Shown here one piece after another: positions 19,206 to 28,382 of a DNA stretch of 64,000 nt; position 1 is the stretch's first letter; every line of letters begins with the position of its first letter. The notes under the pieces were generated by a model, which ran no database searches, was not told where the DNA came from, and saw only the letters and a program-made list of their open reading frames with translations. The position numbers and the translations under genes are program-made. The DNA is taken from positions 62,001 to 126,000 of IMG/VR virus record IMGVR_UViG_3300027985_000918; one strand, 5' to 3'.

Positions 19206-19865
19206 TCAGCCGGCTTGGGAGGTCAATCGAAGCCGGTTGGGGGTCACCGCCTTGGCCCTCCAGTGCTTGTCCCCCACGGGAACGTGGTTGGCTCGGACGA
19301 ACTTGGCCACCTTGCGAGGGAACTCGGCGTACCGGAAGGACTCTGCCACCCGGACCACATAGCCCTCCTGCTCACCTCCGAGCCGGCTCACTCCCGAGAA
19401 ACACGCCTTCACGGCGTCTTCGTCCCAGGGGCCCTCGTACAGGGCTGGGGCGGTCTCCAGCCCCAGAAGGGCAGCCCACTCCATGGTCTCTTCCCAGGAC
19501 AGGCAGCGGTCCTCTTCGTCGTACATGGCGAACACGTAGAAGTAGCTGCCCAGAGCATCGTAGTGGATGCTGTGCTGGGCGAAGAGGTTCTCGCCGCAGA
19601 CCCGCCACCCCTTAGGGAGGTCGGGCGCTACGCTAGCTGCCAGCGCTCTTACCCAGTTCTGGCTCTCATGGGCCCGACCATCCACGGAACGGGCATGCAG
19701 GTACCCGTCTGGGTAGATGGTGGTGTTCTCTCCGTCCAGTTTCTCGGTCACCAGGACACGCTCGCCCTGGAAGTGTTCCACGTCCGAGAGGGTCTTGTCG
19801 TCGTCAGTAGCCCCAGGGGACCACGGAAGGTGGAACGTGCGGGGGTACTTGGTTCGAGGTTCCAT
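19206..19865 (-). CDS. ATP-dependent RNA ligase family protein
   Basis: KYPRTFHLPWSPG, VTEKLDGENTT (KxDG motif I), GENLFA, EGYVVR, KFVR; motif at 19899-19924. Confidence 0.9.
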   Translation of the reverse strand: MEPRTKYPRTFHLPWSPGATDDDKTLSDVEHFQGERVLVTEKLDGENTTIYPDGYLHARSVDGRAHESQNWVRALAASVAPDLPKGWRVCGENLFAQHSIHYDALGSYFYVFAMYDEEDRCLSWEETMEWAALLGLETAPALYEGPWDEDAVKACFSGVSRLGGEQEGYVVRVAESFRYAEFPRKVAKFVRANHVPVGDKHWRAKAVTPNRLRLTSQAG

Positions 19866-19939
19866 GACACACCTACCAGTTAGGATCGTTCCCCGCACCT
19901 ACTAATGACTCCCCTGCTGTTACCACCCGCCAAGTAGGA

Positions 19940-19965
19940 GGTAACCCCAGCCCCTTGGCGAGTAG
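19940..19965 (+). promoter_or_regulatory. phage promoter-like motif
   Basis: GGTAAC-N15-AGTAG, back to back with 19899-19924. Confidence 0.7.
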
Positions 19966-20057
19966 GGGGAGTCGATAGCAACGAGGACCCCCCCACACGG
20001 CGGGATCCGAACACCACATCTGCCAAGGAGAAGAAGCATGCTGAAGTGAACCCGCAA

Positions 20058-20094
20058 GCCGTCCCGGCCCCCTCCGTCTACAGGCCGGGACGGC
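20058..20094 (+). terminator. hairpin terminator
   Basis: GCCGTCCCGGCC-loop-GGCCGGGACGGC followed by CCTTTG. Confidence 0.6.
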
Positions 20095-20194
20095 CCTTTG
20101 GGCCGGGTAACCTCCGACGTCTGTAGGTGAGGAGTCGGGTCCAGCCGCCAGGCTACCCCCGTTGGGATGGCCTTCCCTGCTCCTTACGCTCCAC

Positions 20195-20773
20195 CTACTG
20201 GTCAGGGGACAGGCGGTTACCTCGAAAATTGGGGGTAACACCCCCACACATGGCCAGTAGCCACCCCGTAAGGACCACCCCACCCCCCACCCCCGGCGGA
20301 TGCCGCCCCTTGCACCCTACCTACTTGTCAAGAGGGGCCTTGTTACCTTGAAAACTGGGGGTAACACCCCCACACATGGCCAGTAGCTACCCCGTAAGGA
20401 CCACTCCGAAGGCGGGGAGGGGCGGCATCCGCCCCTTGCACCCTATCTACTTGTCAAGAGGGGCCTTGTTACCTCGAAAATTGGGGGTAACAACCCCGCC
20501 CCTGCCGAGTAGTCTAGGAGTAAGGGGCGCCCCATAGGGAAACCGATGCGCCGCCCCCCATCCTGCCCCTTGCATTCCCTCTACTTGTCAAGGGGCAGGT
20601 GGTTACCTCGAAAATTGGGGGTAACACCCCCACACATGGCCAGTAGATACCCCGTAAGGACCACCCACGAAGGACCATCTACCCCGCACCCACTCCCTAC
20701 GCCCTATCTACTGGTCAATGAACAGGCTGTTACCTCGAAGATAGAGGGTAACACGGGTACCTCCGGCGAGTAG
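20195..20773. repeat. five tandem ~126-bp units, each with a 66-bp symmetric double promoter-like core
   Basis: CTACT-N16-GTTACC-N12-GGTAAC-N16-AGTAG starting at 20195, 20321, 20447, 20581, 20708. Confidence 0.9.
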
Positions 20774-20913
20774 ACCAGACGTAAGGAGCGTTCACCCCTT
20801 CGACTGCTGAGAGCGGGGTAACTTCGACCGGCAGATGAGTAGGTGTTTCGTAAGGAGTGACCTTGTGCTTTTCCTATTGGGGAGGGAGGAACCCCCCTCC
20901 CTGAGGGCCCCAG

Positions 20914-21195
20914 CTACACCCAGAGCACGTCCCCCCACCCTACCTGGTCCGCAGGCACACCGAAGGTCTCCGTGGCCTCCTGGCGGGCGTCACGACCCGC
21001 CACGAAGTGCCCCAGCACATGCTCGTCCACCAGCACATCCCCAGGTACCGTGGTCAGGGCGAAACCCGTCAGCACGTCCCTCCCCATGAAGGGAGCGCCG
21101 TACTCAGGGACTACCAGACTCTCACCTCGCTTGTGGACAGGGCGGATGTACGCCCGGCGAGGGGCTGCGGCTCCGTCATCGAAGATGTCCATCAT
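20914..21195 (-). CDS. hypothetical protein
   Basis: 93 aa, AAGGAGG RBS, motif at 21218-21243. Confidence 0.75.
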   Translation of the reverse strand: MMDIFDDGAAAPRRAYIRPVHKRGESLVVPEYGAPFMGRDVLTGFALTTVPGDVLVDEHVLGHFVAGRDARQEATETFGVPADQVGWGDVLWV

Positions 21196-21244
21196 GTTCC
21201 TCCTTCAATCACCCCACCTACTCGCTACCTACCTCCTGTTACCT

Positions 21245-21610
21245 AACTTCGACCCCCACAACTCGAAACTTTGCCCTTCCGAAACTTTCAAGCCGAAACT
21301 TTCATCAAAGTTTCGGCAACTTGGCGGAAGTTTCGAGCTGGGGAGGTAACTAAGGCCTCTTGCCAAGTAGACACGGGGAACTTTGGAGAACCGCCACTAT
21401 GAAGGTCCCCAAGCCCGTTCCGGGATACCCGCTCACCTTGGAGTGCGGAGGCCCCCACCGATTCGAGTGGGGGCCTGGGGAAGCATGAACTTCGGCACCT
21501 AGAAGCCCTTTGAAAGTTTCAAAGGGCGCCCTAACGCCAAACTTTGAGTGTAGAAGTGCTCTTGAAAGTTTCGAGGACACTTCGGCACGCAAACTTTCGC
21601 AACTTTTCTG
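21245..21610. repeat. clusters of AAAGTTTC/GAAACTTT motifs
   Basis: Repeated in both orientations at 21245-21335 and 21490-21610. Confidence 0.75.
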
Positions 21611-21673
21611 CTTGACAGCGGGGAAGCCACCCCCCATGGTACGGGGGCTGCTACCAACCGACGGGGGGCGAAC

Positions 21674-22546
21674 ATGCAGCAGATGGACCAGTTGGCAAGG
21701 CTCCTCATTCTCGAAGGTACGGCGGCTGTGGAGCCGTACAGTTGGGTCAAGGGCTCCGCTCATGACCTGGAGTGTGCTCGCATCCGGCTGGAAGGGCAGC
21801 CCGACGATTCGTGGTTCTCCGAGAAGGACTCAGGGATGTATGCCCTGCTAATGGCCCGGGTGCAGCGGGAACTCAACCGCTCCCGCATCCTGCACGTCAC
21901 TGCCGAGGACATTCTCCAGCAGGCCATGAGTGGGCTCCTGTCGGACGGGAGCCTCGGGAAGCACCGCTTCCACGCCGTGGGAGTCATCGCCAGGGAGAAC
22001 ATTCTCCACGGTGTGGAGACCCCCGCCAGGTTGGCCTCGGGGACCCTCGGGTCCTGGCTCCACCGGATGGCCATCAACACCATCAAGAAGAAGGACGCTG
22101 CCTTCTCCCTCGATGCTATGGTGGATTCCCACCCCGACTGGGGCTTCGACTCCCTCACTCCCGTACAGGGAGAGAAGGACAACGTCGTGATCCTCGTCGA
22201 GTGCATGGCCGGGGACACCCCCCTGTCTGTCCAGCTCCGGGGGCTCATGTGGCTCGCCATCACCAAGCGCTTCCGGACCCAAGCCCAAGCGCTTGGACTC
22301 CGCATCATGACGGCCTGGTTCCAGGAGATCTGCAACGGAAGGCTGCTCACCCCAGGGCTCGACTGGGCCAAAAGAGCCGAGCTGCCCCTCACCACCGAGG
22401 AAGACAAGGTGAGGGCGAAGGTCCAGACCTGGCGGACGTGGGAGAAGGCGGCTCCCGTGATTCGAGAAGCCGTGCAGGGGGACCCCGATGTGGCGTCCTT
22501 CGTGGACCTCCGCCTCACCTACGAGGCTGAGGTCCACCGTCACTAG
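21674..22546 (+). CDS. sigma-70/ECF region-2-like protein (no clear region-4 HTH)
   Basis: AEDILQQAMSGLL...LGSWLHRMAINTIKKK matches ECF region 2 pattern. Confidence 0.5.
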   Translation: MQQMDQLARLLILEGTAAVEPYSWVKGSAHDLECARIRLEGQPDDSWFSEKDSGMYALLMARVQRELNRSRILHVTAEDILQQAMSGLLSDGSLGKHRFHAVGVIARENILHGVETPARLASGTLGSWLHRMAINTIKKKDAAFSLDAMVDSHPDWGFDSLTPVQGEKDNVVILVECMAGDTPLSVQLRGLMWLAITKRFRTQAQALGLRIMTAWFQEICNGRLLTPGLDWAKRAELPLTTEEDKVRAKVQTWRTWEKAAPVIREAVQGDPDVASFVDLRLTYEAEVHRH

Positions 22547-22570
22547 GGCCAACTGGTCGCCCACTGCAAG

Positions 22571-22688
22571 AAACTTCCAAAGTTTCGACTTGAAAGTTTC
22601 GGGGGAGCGAAGTTTCGACTTGTGAGGGTCGAAGTTTCGACTTGAAAGTTTCGGGGGAGCAAAGTTTCGACTTGTGAGGGTCGAAGTT
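22571..22688. repeat. tandem AAGTTTCG array
   Basis: About 8 copies, incl. duplicated ~44-bp block, abutting motif at 22690-22715. Confidence 0.85.
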
Positions 22689-22744
22689 AGGTAACAGAGG
22701 GGGAGTGGCGAGTAGGTCCTTCAGAACGGAAGGAGGACACCACA

Positions 22745-23020
22745 ATGAGCAGCACCATCATGGCCATCACGTGCGGACGCATGGGCTCTCGCATGGCAAA
22801 CGTCAAGAGGGGGAGAAGGACCCTGAGCTTCCCCATCTACAGCGTGAAGCTCTACGCCCTCCGGGAGAGGGCTGACGGAGTAAAGACCTGGCGTTTTGTC
22901 CGGCACCTGTCGGACGGGCACACCGTGTTCAGCACGGTGGAACGTCAAGCGGAACAAGAAGCCCTGCTGAAGGGGCTCAGCTTCGTTCCCAACCTCATCC
23001 ACGGGGCCAGGGCCTCATAG
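22745..23020 (+). CDS. hypothetical protein
   Basis: 91 aa, AAGGAGG RBS, motif at 22690-22715. Confidence 0.75.
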   Translation: MSSTIMAITCGRMGSRMANVKRGRRTLSFPIYSVKLYALRERADGVKTWRFVRHLSDGHTVFSTVERQAEQEALLKGLSFVPNLIHGARAS

Positions 23021-24136
23021 CTCCCCCTGCCACTGCCGGGCCTGTTCCCTCAGGTAGGTCAGGCCCCGGCTCACCGACGCTCTCGAAACCCCCAACTGCT
23101 CTGCGATCTCCGACCGAGTCATCCCAGCCGACACCATCGGGAGAATGGCTACCGCCATCTTCCCATCCTGCGTGTGGGACTTCTCCGACTCCCCCAGCCA
23201 CACCGTCAACGCCTCTTGGGCCTCCGCCATACCCTGGGCTTCCTCTGCCCCTGAGGGCTCCGCAGGGATGGTCTGACTGGAGGCCACGTCCATCAACCCA
23301 TAATCCCCGTCACCCCCATACCCCATCACCCCAGGGGACTCGAACTCCTTCCGGCGCTTCTGCTTCCGGTGGTAGTTGCTCAGGACCCCCTGACACACCA
23401 TGTGGACGTAGTGCCCGAAGGAGGACTTGCGGGCATCCCAAGGGCAGTGACCCTCATTCCGGGCCAGCAGACCTTTGTAGACCTCTTGGAGCACATCATC
23501 CGGGTCGTAACGGGCGGAGAAGATCCACTGCCCGAACCCAGCGAACAGCAACTTGGCGACCTCCTCCGCCCTGTTCACCAGATCGATCCCTAGCTCCGGG
23601 TTGTCGTCCAGTACCCCCTCGGCTACCACCAAGGCGGCCTGAGCGGCGTTCACCGATTCGGGGATCACGGTAACCAGAGCCTGCTCGCCAGTAGGCTCCA
23701 CGTAAGCCCCGCCCCTCTTACGGGGGGACTCCGTACCACGAGGGGTAACGCTGGCCGACTTCCGAGTAGCTGGGGTGTTGGGAGTCTGAGCCACACCGAA
23801 CTCGATCATGAGGTCGAGTCCAGGCTCACCCTTCGAGGCTGCCGGAGCGTGGCGGCCAATGCGGAAGTACCGCTCGAAGGTCCAATGACGATCGTGCCCG
23901 GTCAGGGCTAGGAGGAGCTGCCTCTTGGACGTGTAGACGACATGATCCCCCTCGGGAAGCACCAACACCAGGTGCTGGGGTGACCTAACCACCACCTCGT
24001 GGCTTCCGTCCATGTGACGGGCCCGAAGGCGAAGGGTCTCGCTGCTGTCAAGCGAGATCGACGCCGGGGTTCGCTTTTCTTCGGCGGAGGGTTCGATGTC
24101 AGTCTGGGGGCGGGTTTGATTTTTCGAGGGTTGCAA
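23015..24136 (-). CDS. ECF-like RNA polymerase sigma factor with N-terminal extension
   Basis: YDPDDVLQEVYKGLL...FGHYVHMVCQGVLSNYHRKQKRR (region 2), MTRSEIAEQLGVSRASVSRGLTYLRE (region 4 HTH); TTG 24136 follows GGAGGGAGG. Confidence 0.8.
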   Translation of the reverse strand: MQPSKNQTRPQTDIEPSAEEKRTPASISLDSSETLRLRARHMDGSHEVVVRSPQHLVLVLPEGDHVVYTSKRQLLLALTGHDRHWTFERYFRIGRHAPAASKGEPGLDLMIEFGVAQTPNTPATRKSASVTPRGTESPRKRGGAYVEPTGEQALVTVIPESVNAAQAALVVAEGVLDDNPELGIDLVNRAEEVAKLLFAGFGQWIFSARYDPDDVLQEVYKGLLARNEGHCPWDARKSSFGHYVHMVCQGVLSNYHRKQKRRKEFESPGVMGYGGDGDYGLMDVASSQTIPAEPSGAEEAQGMAEAQEALTVWLGESEKSHTQDGKMAVAILPMVSAGMTRSEIAEQLGVSRASVSRGLTYLREQARQWQGEL

Positions 24137-24189
24137 GTTACGTCCTCCCTCCGTACATCGGGATGTGCCGGAAGTTTCATCGTCCCGCA

Positions 24190-24218
24190 CTTCTACCACT
24201 TTCAGCCCCCAAGTGCAA
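24190..24218 (-). promoter_or_regulatory. possible host sigma70-type promoter of the sigma gene
   Basis: TTGCAC-N17-TAGAAG on minus strand. Confidence 0.4.
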
Positions 24219-24493
24219 GGAAACAGTAGGGCATCCCGCCCCCAAACGGGCGGGTCAACCCCCCTTCATAGCCCTAAAGTTCTGCAGGGGGAGTTTGGCT
24301 AAGGCCAGAACCGAAACTTTGGGGTGAACTTCGATGGTCTCAAAGTTTGCTGTGGGCTTCCCTGCCCCCTCGGAGAGGGGTGCCCTTCCCTCTCCAACCC
24401 CCCTTATCGAAGCAGCCCTCCAACTGGCTGTTGGCCCCCTTCAAGAGTGAGGAGTCAGCCGGCCGACCGAGTCCCGCCGTGTTGAAGAATCCA

Positions 24494-24519
24494 GGTAACC
24501 CGGACTCTCTTATGAGTAG
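24494..24519 (+). promoter_or_regulatory. phage promoter-like motif heading the paralog array
   Basis: GGTAAC-N15-AGTAG. Confidence 0.75.
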
Positions 24520-24564
24520 GCCTTTCAGGACGAAACCTCTTGTAAGTCCCAGAGGAGGCAACCC

Positions 24565-24950
24565 ATGAACACGAGTTAAGAACGGCATCGTGAGGCATTG
24601 AGAGGATGGGCCTGCTGTCGAGTGGTACCTCAACGGGAATCGGCATGAGTGAGGCGCCCCAGCCATTGAGGGGCCTAAACGGACTCAATGGCTGGGGCTG
24701 TGGGACGGACTCAATGGCTGGGGCTGTGGGATCGATCCCACACCGAGGTGATTCGGGAGGCAGCCATGAACATCTGGTAGGTCCAACACCAAAGGTTATA
24801 AAATCCCTGCTGGGCCGTTCGGGCCGTTGAAGGTGGTGGTTCTGAGGCCAGCTCCACCGTGAAGGCCCCCGGTTACGAGGGTGCCGACAGCTTCAAAGCG
24901 TGGTGGTCCCCTGGGGTCTGCACCCGAATCGAGGAGAAATCTGGCCGATG
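24565..24950 (+). pseudogene. decayed HREDGPA-repeat gene remnant(s)
   Basis: Fragments equivalent to EDGPAVEW, IDPTPEVIREAA, QLHREG, CTRIEE with stops/frameshifts; 26-bp tandem duplication 24679-24730. Confidence 0.75.
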
Positions 24951-25577
24951 ATCACCGTACCGACCTTGAAAACCCTCAATGCCTGCTCGGACCAGGTGAC
25001 TCTTTTCGAGTCCTTTTTGGGGGATCGAGAAGGTGTTGATCCCACGCCGGATGTGATCCGGGAAGCAGCCCTGTCCGGCCTAGATGTGAAGTGGGCTCAG
25101 GCTCGGGGGTTGCTCACGATCCCCGACGGGAAGATCACGTACAAAGACAGCCGCAAAGAGTGGTACCTCGATGGGAACCTCCATCGGGAGGATGGCCCCG
25201 CTGTTGAGGGGGCCGACGGAACCCAGGAGTGGTGGCTCAACGGGCAGCTCCATCGGAAGGATGGGCCTGCTGTCGTGCGGTCCGACGGCCGCAGGTTGTG
25301 GTGGCTCTACTGGAAACTCCACCGAGAGGATGGGCCTGCTGTCGAGGGGGCCGATGGTCACCAAGAGTGGTGGGTCAACGGGAAACGCCACCGGGAGGAT
25401 GGGCCGGCGATCGAGTGGGCCAAAGGCTACAAAGAGTGGTACCGCAACGGGAAGCGGCACCGAGAGGACGGACCTGCGATCGAGTGGCCCGACGGCTCCA
25501 AGGAGTGGTACCACAACGGGAAATTCCACCGAGAGGATGGCCCTGCTTTCGAGGGGCCCGACGTCACCCGGTCGTAG
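24948..25577 (+). CDS. HREDGPA-repeat protein 1 (6 repeats, premature stop)
   Basis: N-domain + repeats; TAG TGA where paralogs have TGG TGG. Confidence 0.85.
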   Translation: MITVPTLKTLNACSDQVTLFESFLGDREGVDPTPDVIREAALSGLDVKWAQARGLLTIPDGKITYKDSRKEWYLDGNLHREDGPAVEGADGTQEWWLNGQLHRKDGPAVVRSDGRRLWWLYWKLHREDGPAVEGADGHQEWWVNGKRHREDGPAIEWAKGYKEWYRNGKRHREDGPAIEWPDGSKEWYHNGKFHREDGPAFEGPDVTRS

Positions 25578-25621
25578 TGAACCCACGGAGTCCACATCCA
25601 AACTGAGGAGGAATCTGGCCG

Positions 25622-26226
25622 ATGATCACTATCGAAAAGCTGGAGAAGCTGGGGGTTAGCCCTTACCAGATGGATCTGTTCCTGAAGTTCCTGGGGGTCG
25701 AGAGGGGGTCGAACCTACGCCCGAGGTAGTGCGAGAAGTTGCCCTACTCGGGTTGGATGTTGAGTGGGCCCAGTCTCAGGGTCTGCTACGGATCCCGGAC
25801 GGTATGCTCATCTACAAGGACGGCAGGCGGGAGTGGTGGGTCAATGGGCAGCTCCACCGAGAGGATGGGCCTGCGATCGAGCAGCCCGATGGCACCAAGG
25901 AGTGGTTCTTCCACGGTCAACGCCACCGAGAAGGTGGGCCTGCGGTCGAGGGGGCTGACGGCACCAAGGAGTGGTATCTCCACGGGGAAAGGCACCGTGA
26001 GGATGGCCCCGCTTACGAGGGAACCGATGGTCACCAAGAGTGGTGGGTCAACGGGGAACGCCACCGAGAGGATGGGCCTGCGATCGAGTGGACCGATGGC
26101 CGTCAAGGATGGTATTGCAACGGCCGTAGACACCGTGAGGATGGTCCGGCGGTTGAGTGGGCCGACGGCACCCTAGAGTGGTGGATCCACGGGGCCCGCA
26201 TCCGAATCAAGAGGGGTTACGAATGA
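25622..26226 (+). pseudogene. HREDGPA-repeat protein 2 (5 repeats), frameshift in G-run
   Basis: G5 at 25693-25697, G6 would restore frame. Confidence 0.8.
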
Positions 26227-27035
26227 TCACTGTCGAAAAGCTGGAGAACCTGGGGGTTAGCCCTTACCAGAGGGCTCTGTTCCTGGAGTTTCTCGGGGGT
26301 CGGGAGGGGGTCGAGCCCACGCCGGAGATGATCCGAGAAGCTGCTCTGCTTGGACTGGATGTGGCTTGGGCTCAGGGACTGGGGCTGCTGCAGATCCCCG
26401 ACGGGATGCTCCTCTACAAGGACGGCCTACGGGTGTGGTACCTCGACGGTCAGATCCACCGAGAGGATGGGCCTGCGATCGAGAGATCCAACGGCACCCG
26501 GGAGTGGTGGGTCCGAGGGAAGCTCCACCGAGAGAGCGGACCTGCGATCGAGATGGCCGATGGTCACAAAGAGTGGTTCTTCCACGGTCAACGCCACCGA
26601 GAAGGTGGGCCTGCTTTCGAGATGGCCTCTGGCACCAAGGAGTGGTGGTTCCACGGCCAACGCCACCGTGAGGATGGTCCTGCTTTCGAGTGGGCCGACG
26701 GCTACAAGGCGTGGTGGGTCCACGGGGAACGCCACCGTGAGGATGGTCCGGCAGTCGAGTACGCCAACGGCACCAAGGAGTGGTGGATCCAGGGGCAGCG
26801 TCACCGAGAGGATGGCCCCGCCATGGAGTACGCCAACGGCCACAAGGAGTGGTGGATCCACGGTCGGAGGCACCGTGAGGATGGGCCTGCTATCGTGCGG
26901 GCCAACGGCCGCAAGGAGTGGTACATCCACGGCCGTAGACACCGAGAGGATGGCCCCGCCATGGAGTGGGCCGACGGCTACAAGGAGTGGTGGATCCACG
27001 GGGTCCTCACTCGAACTGAGGAGGGTCCCGAATGA
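26223..27035 (+). CDS. HREDGPA-repeat protein 3 (8 repeats)
   Basis: N-domain + repeats, ATGA overlap. Confidence 0.9.
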   Translation: MITVEKLENLGVSPYQRALFLEFLGGREGVEPTPEMIREAALLGLDVAWAQGLGLLQIPDGMLLYKDGLRVWYLDGQIHREDGPAIERSNGTREWWVRGKLHRESGPAIEMADGHKEWFFHGQRHREGGPAFEMASGTKEWWFHGQRHREDGPAFEWADGYKAWWVHGERHREDGPAVEYANGTKEWWIQGQRHREDGPAMEYANGHKEWWIHGRRHREDGPAIVRANGRKEWYIHGRRHREDGPAMEWADGYKEWWIHGVLTRTEEGPE

Positions 27036-27691
27036 TCACGATCGAAACTCTCCGGAAGTTGAGGGCTTGCCGGTCTCAGGTGGACCTTTTCCGGGAGTTC
27101 TTGGGTGACCGGGAGGGTGTCGAGCCCACGGATGAGATGATCCGGGAAGCTGCCCAGTATGGGCTGGATGTGGCTTGGGCTCAGGGTCAGAATCTTCTGC
27201 GGATCCCGGATGGGATGCTCCTCTACGAGGACGGCAGTCGGGAGTGGTGGTTCAATGGCCAGCTCCACCGTGAGGATGGTCCTGCGATCGAGTGGTCCAC
27301 CGGCACTCTGGAGTGGTTCTTCCACGGCCAGCGACATCGTGAAGAGGGGCCTGCGATCGAGTGGTCCACCGGCACTCTGGAGTGGTTCTTCCACGGTCAA
27401 CTTCACCGAGAGGGTGGCCCCGCCATGGAGTGGCCAGACGGCCACAAGGAGTGGTGGGTCAACGGCCAACTTCACCGAGAGGATGGGCCTGCTTATGAGT
27501 GGTCCGACGGCCACAAGGCGTGGTGGGTCCATGGGTTGCGGCACCGAGAGGATGGGCCTGCTTACGAGGGGGCCGATGGCACCAAGGAGTGGTGGGTCCA
27601 TGGGTTGCGGCACCGAGAGGATGGGCCTGCGGTCGAGTGGGCCAACGGAACCAGGGAGTGGTGGATCCACGGGGTTCGCACCCCGAACTGA
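27032..27691 (+). CDS. HREDGPA-repeat protein 4 (6 repeats)
   Basis: N-domain + repeats; tail shifted at C-run 27681-27684. Confidence 0.9.
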   Translation: MITIETLRKLRACRSQVDLFREFLGDREGVEPTDEMIREAAQYGLDVAWAQGQNLLRIPDGMLLYEDGSREWWFNGQLHREDGPAIEWSTGTLEWFFHGQRHREEGPAIEWSTGTLEWFFHGQLHREGGPAMEWPDGHKEWWVNGQLHREDGPAYEWSDGHKAWWVHGLRHREDGPAYEGADGTKEWWVHGLRHREDGPAVEWANGTREWWIHGVRTPN

Positions 27692-27704
27692 GGGGATGAT
27701 CCCA

Positions 27705-28382
27705 ATGATCACGATCGAAACTCTCCGGAAGCGAGAGGCTTGCCAGAATCAGGTGACCCTTTTTGAGTCCTTTCTTGGAGGCCGGGAGGGGGTCGAACCC
27801 ACACCTGAGGTGATCCGAGAGGCAGCCTTGTTTGGGCTGAACGTCCGGTGGGCCCAGGAGCAGGGTTTGCTCACAATCCCCGACGGACAAATCAAATTCA
27901 AATACGGCACCAAGGAGTGGTGGCTCAACGGCCGGTGGCACCGTGAAGACGGGCCTGCTTTCGAGGGATCCTGCGGTCACAAGGAATGGTGGACCCACGG
28001 CCAGAGGCACCGTGAGGATGGGCCTGCGGTGGAGCTGGCCGATGCCCGTCGGGAATGGTGGGTCCACGGAACGAAGCACCGGGATGGCGGGCCCGCTGTC
28101 GAGTGGGCCGACGGGTCCAAAGAATGGTGGGTCGACAGCCAACTCCACCGAGAGGATGGTCCGGCTGTTGAGCGGACCAACGGGTCCAAAGAATGGTGGG
28201 TCAACGGTCAGCTCCATCGAGAGGACGGGCCTGCCATTGAGTACGCCGACGGCACCCGGGAGTGGTACCTCAACGGGGAAAGGCATCGAGAGGGGGGGGC
28301 GGCGATCGAAGCAGCCGACGGCACTCGGGAGTGGTGGGTTCAGGGGGTCCGCATCCGAACTGAGGGGAGGATGGGGAGATGA
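27705..28382 (+). CDS. HREDGPA-repeat protein 5 (6 repeats)
   Basis: ATG 27705 MITIETLRKREAC. Confidence 0.9.
   Translation: MITIETLRKREACQNQVTLFESFLGGREGVEPTPEVIREAALFGLNVRWAQEQGLLTIPDGQIKFKYGTKEWWLNGRWHREDGPAFEGSCGHKEWWTHGQRHREDGPAVELADARREWWVHGTKHRDGGPAVEWADGSKEWWVDSQLHREDGPAVERTNGSKEWWVNGQLHREDGPAIEYADGTREWYLNGERHREGGAAIEAADGTREWWVQGVRIRTEGRMGR

Noticed and set aside
20195-20773. CRISPR array
   Set aside because: Units ~126 bp with a 66-bp core and related inter-core sequences; core equals two copies of the promoter motif; no cas genes in window
25575-25580. Stop-codon reassignment (TGA/TAG read as Trp)
   Set aside because: Isolated case; other genes read fully in code 11 and TGA is the routine stop in ATGA overlaps
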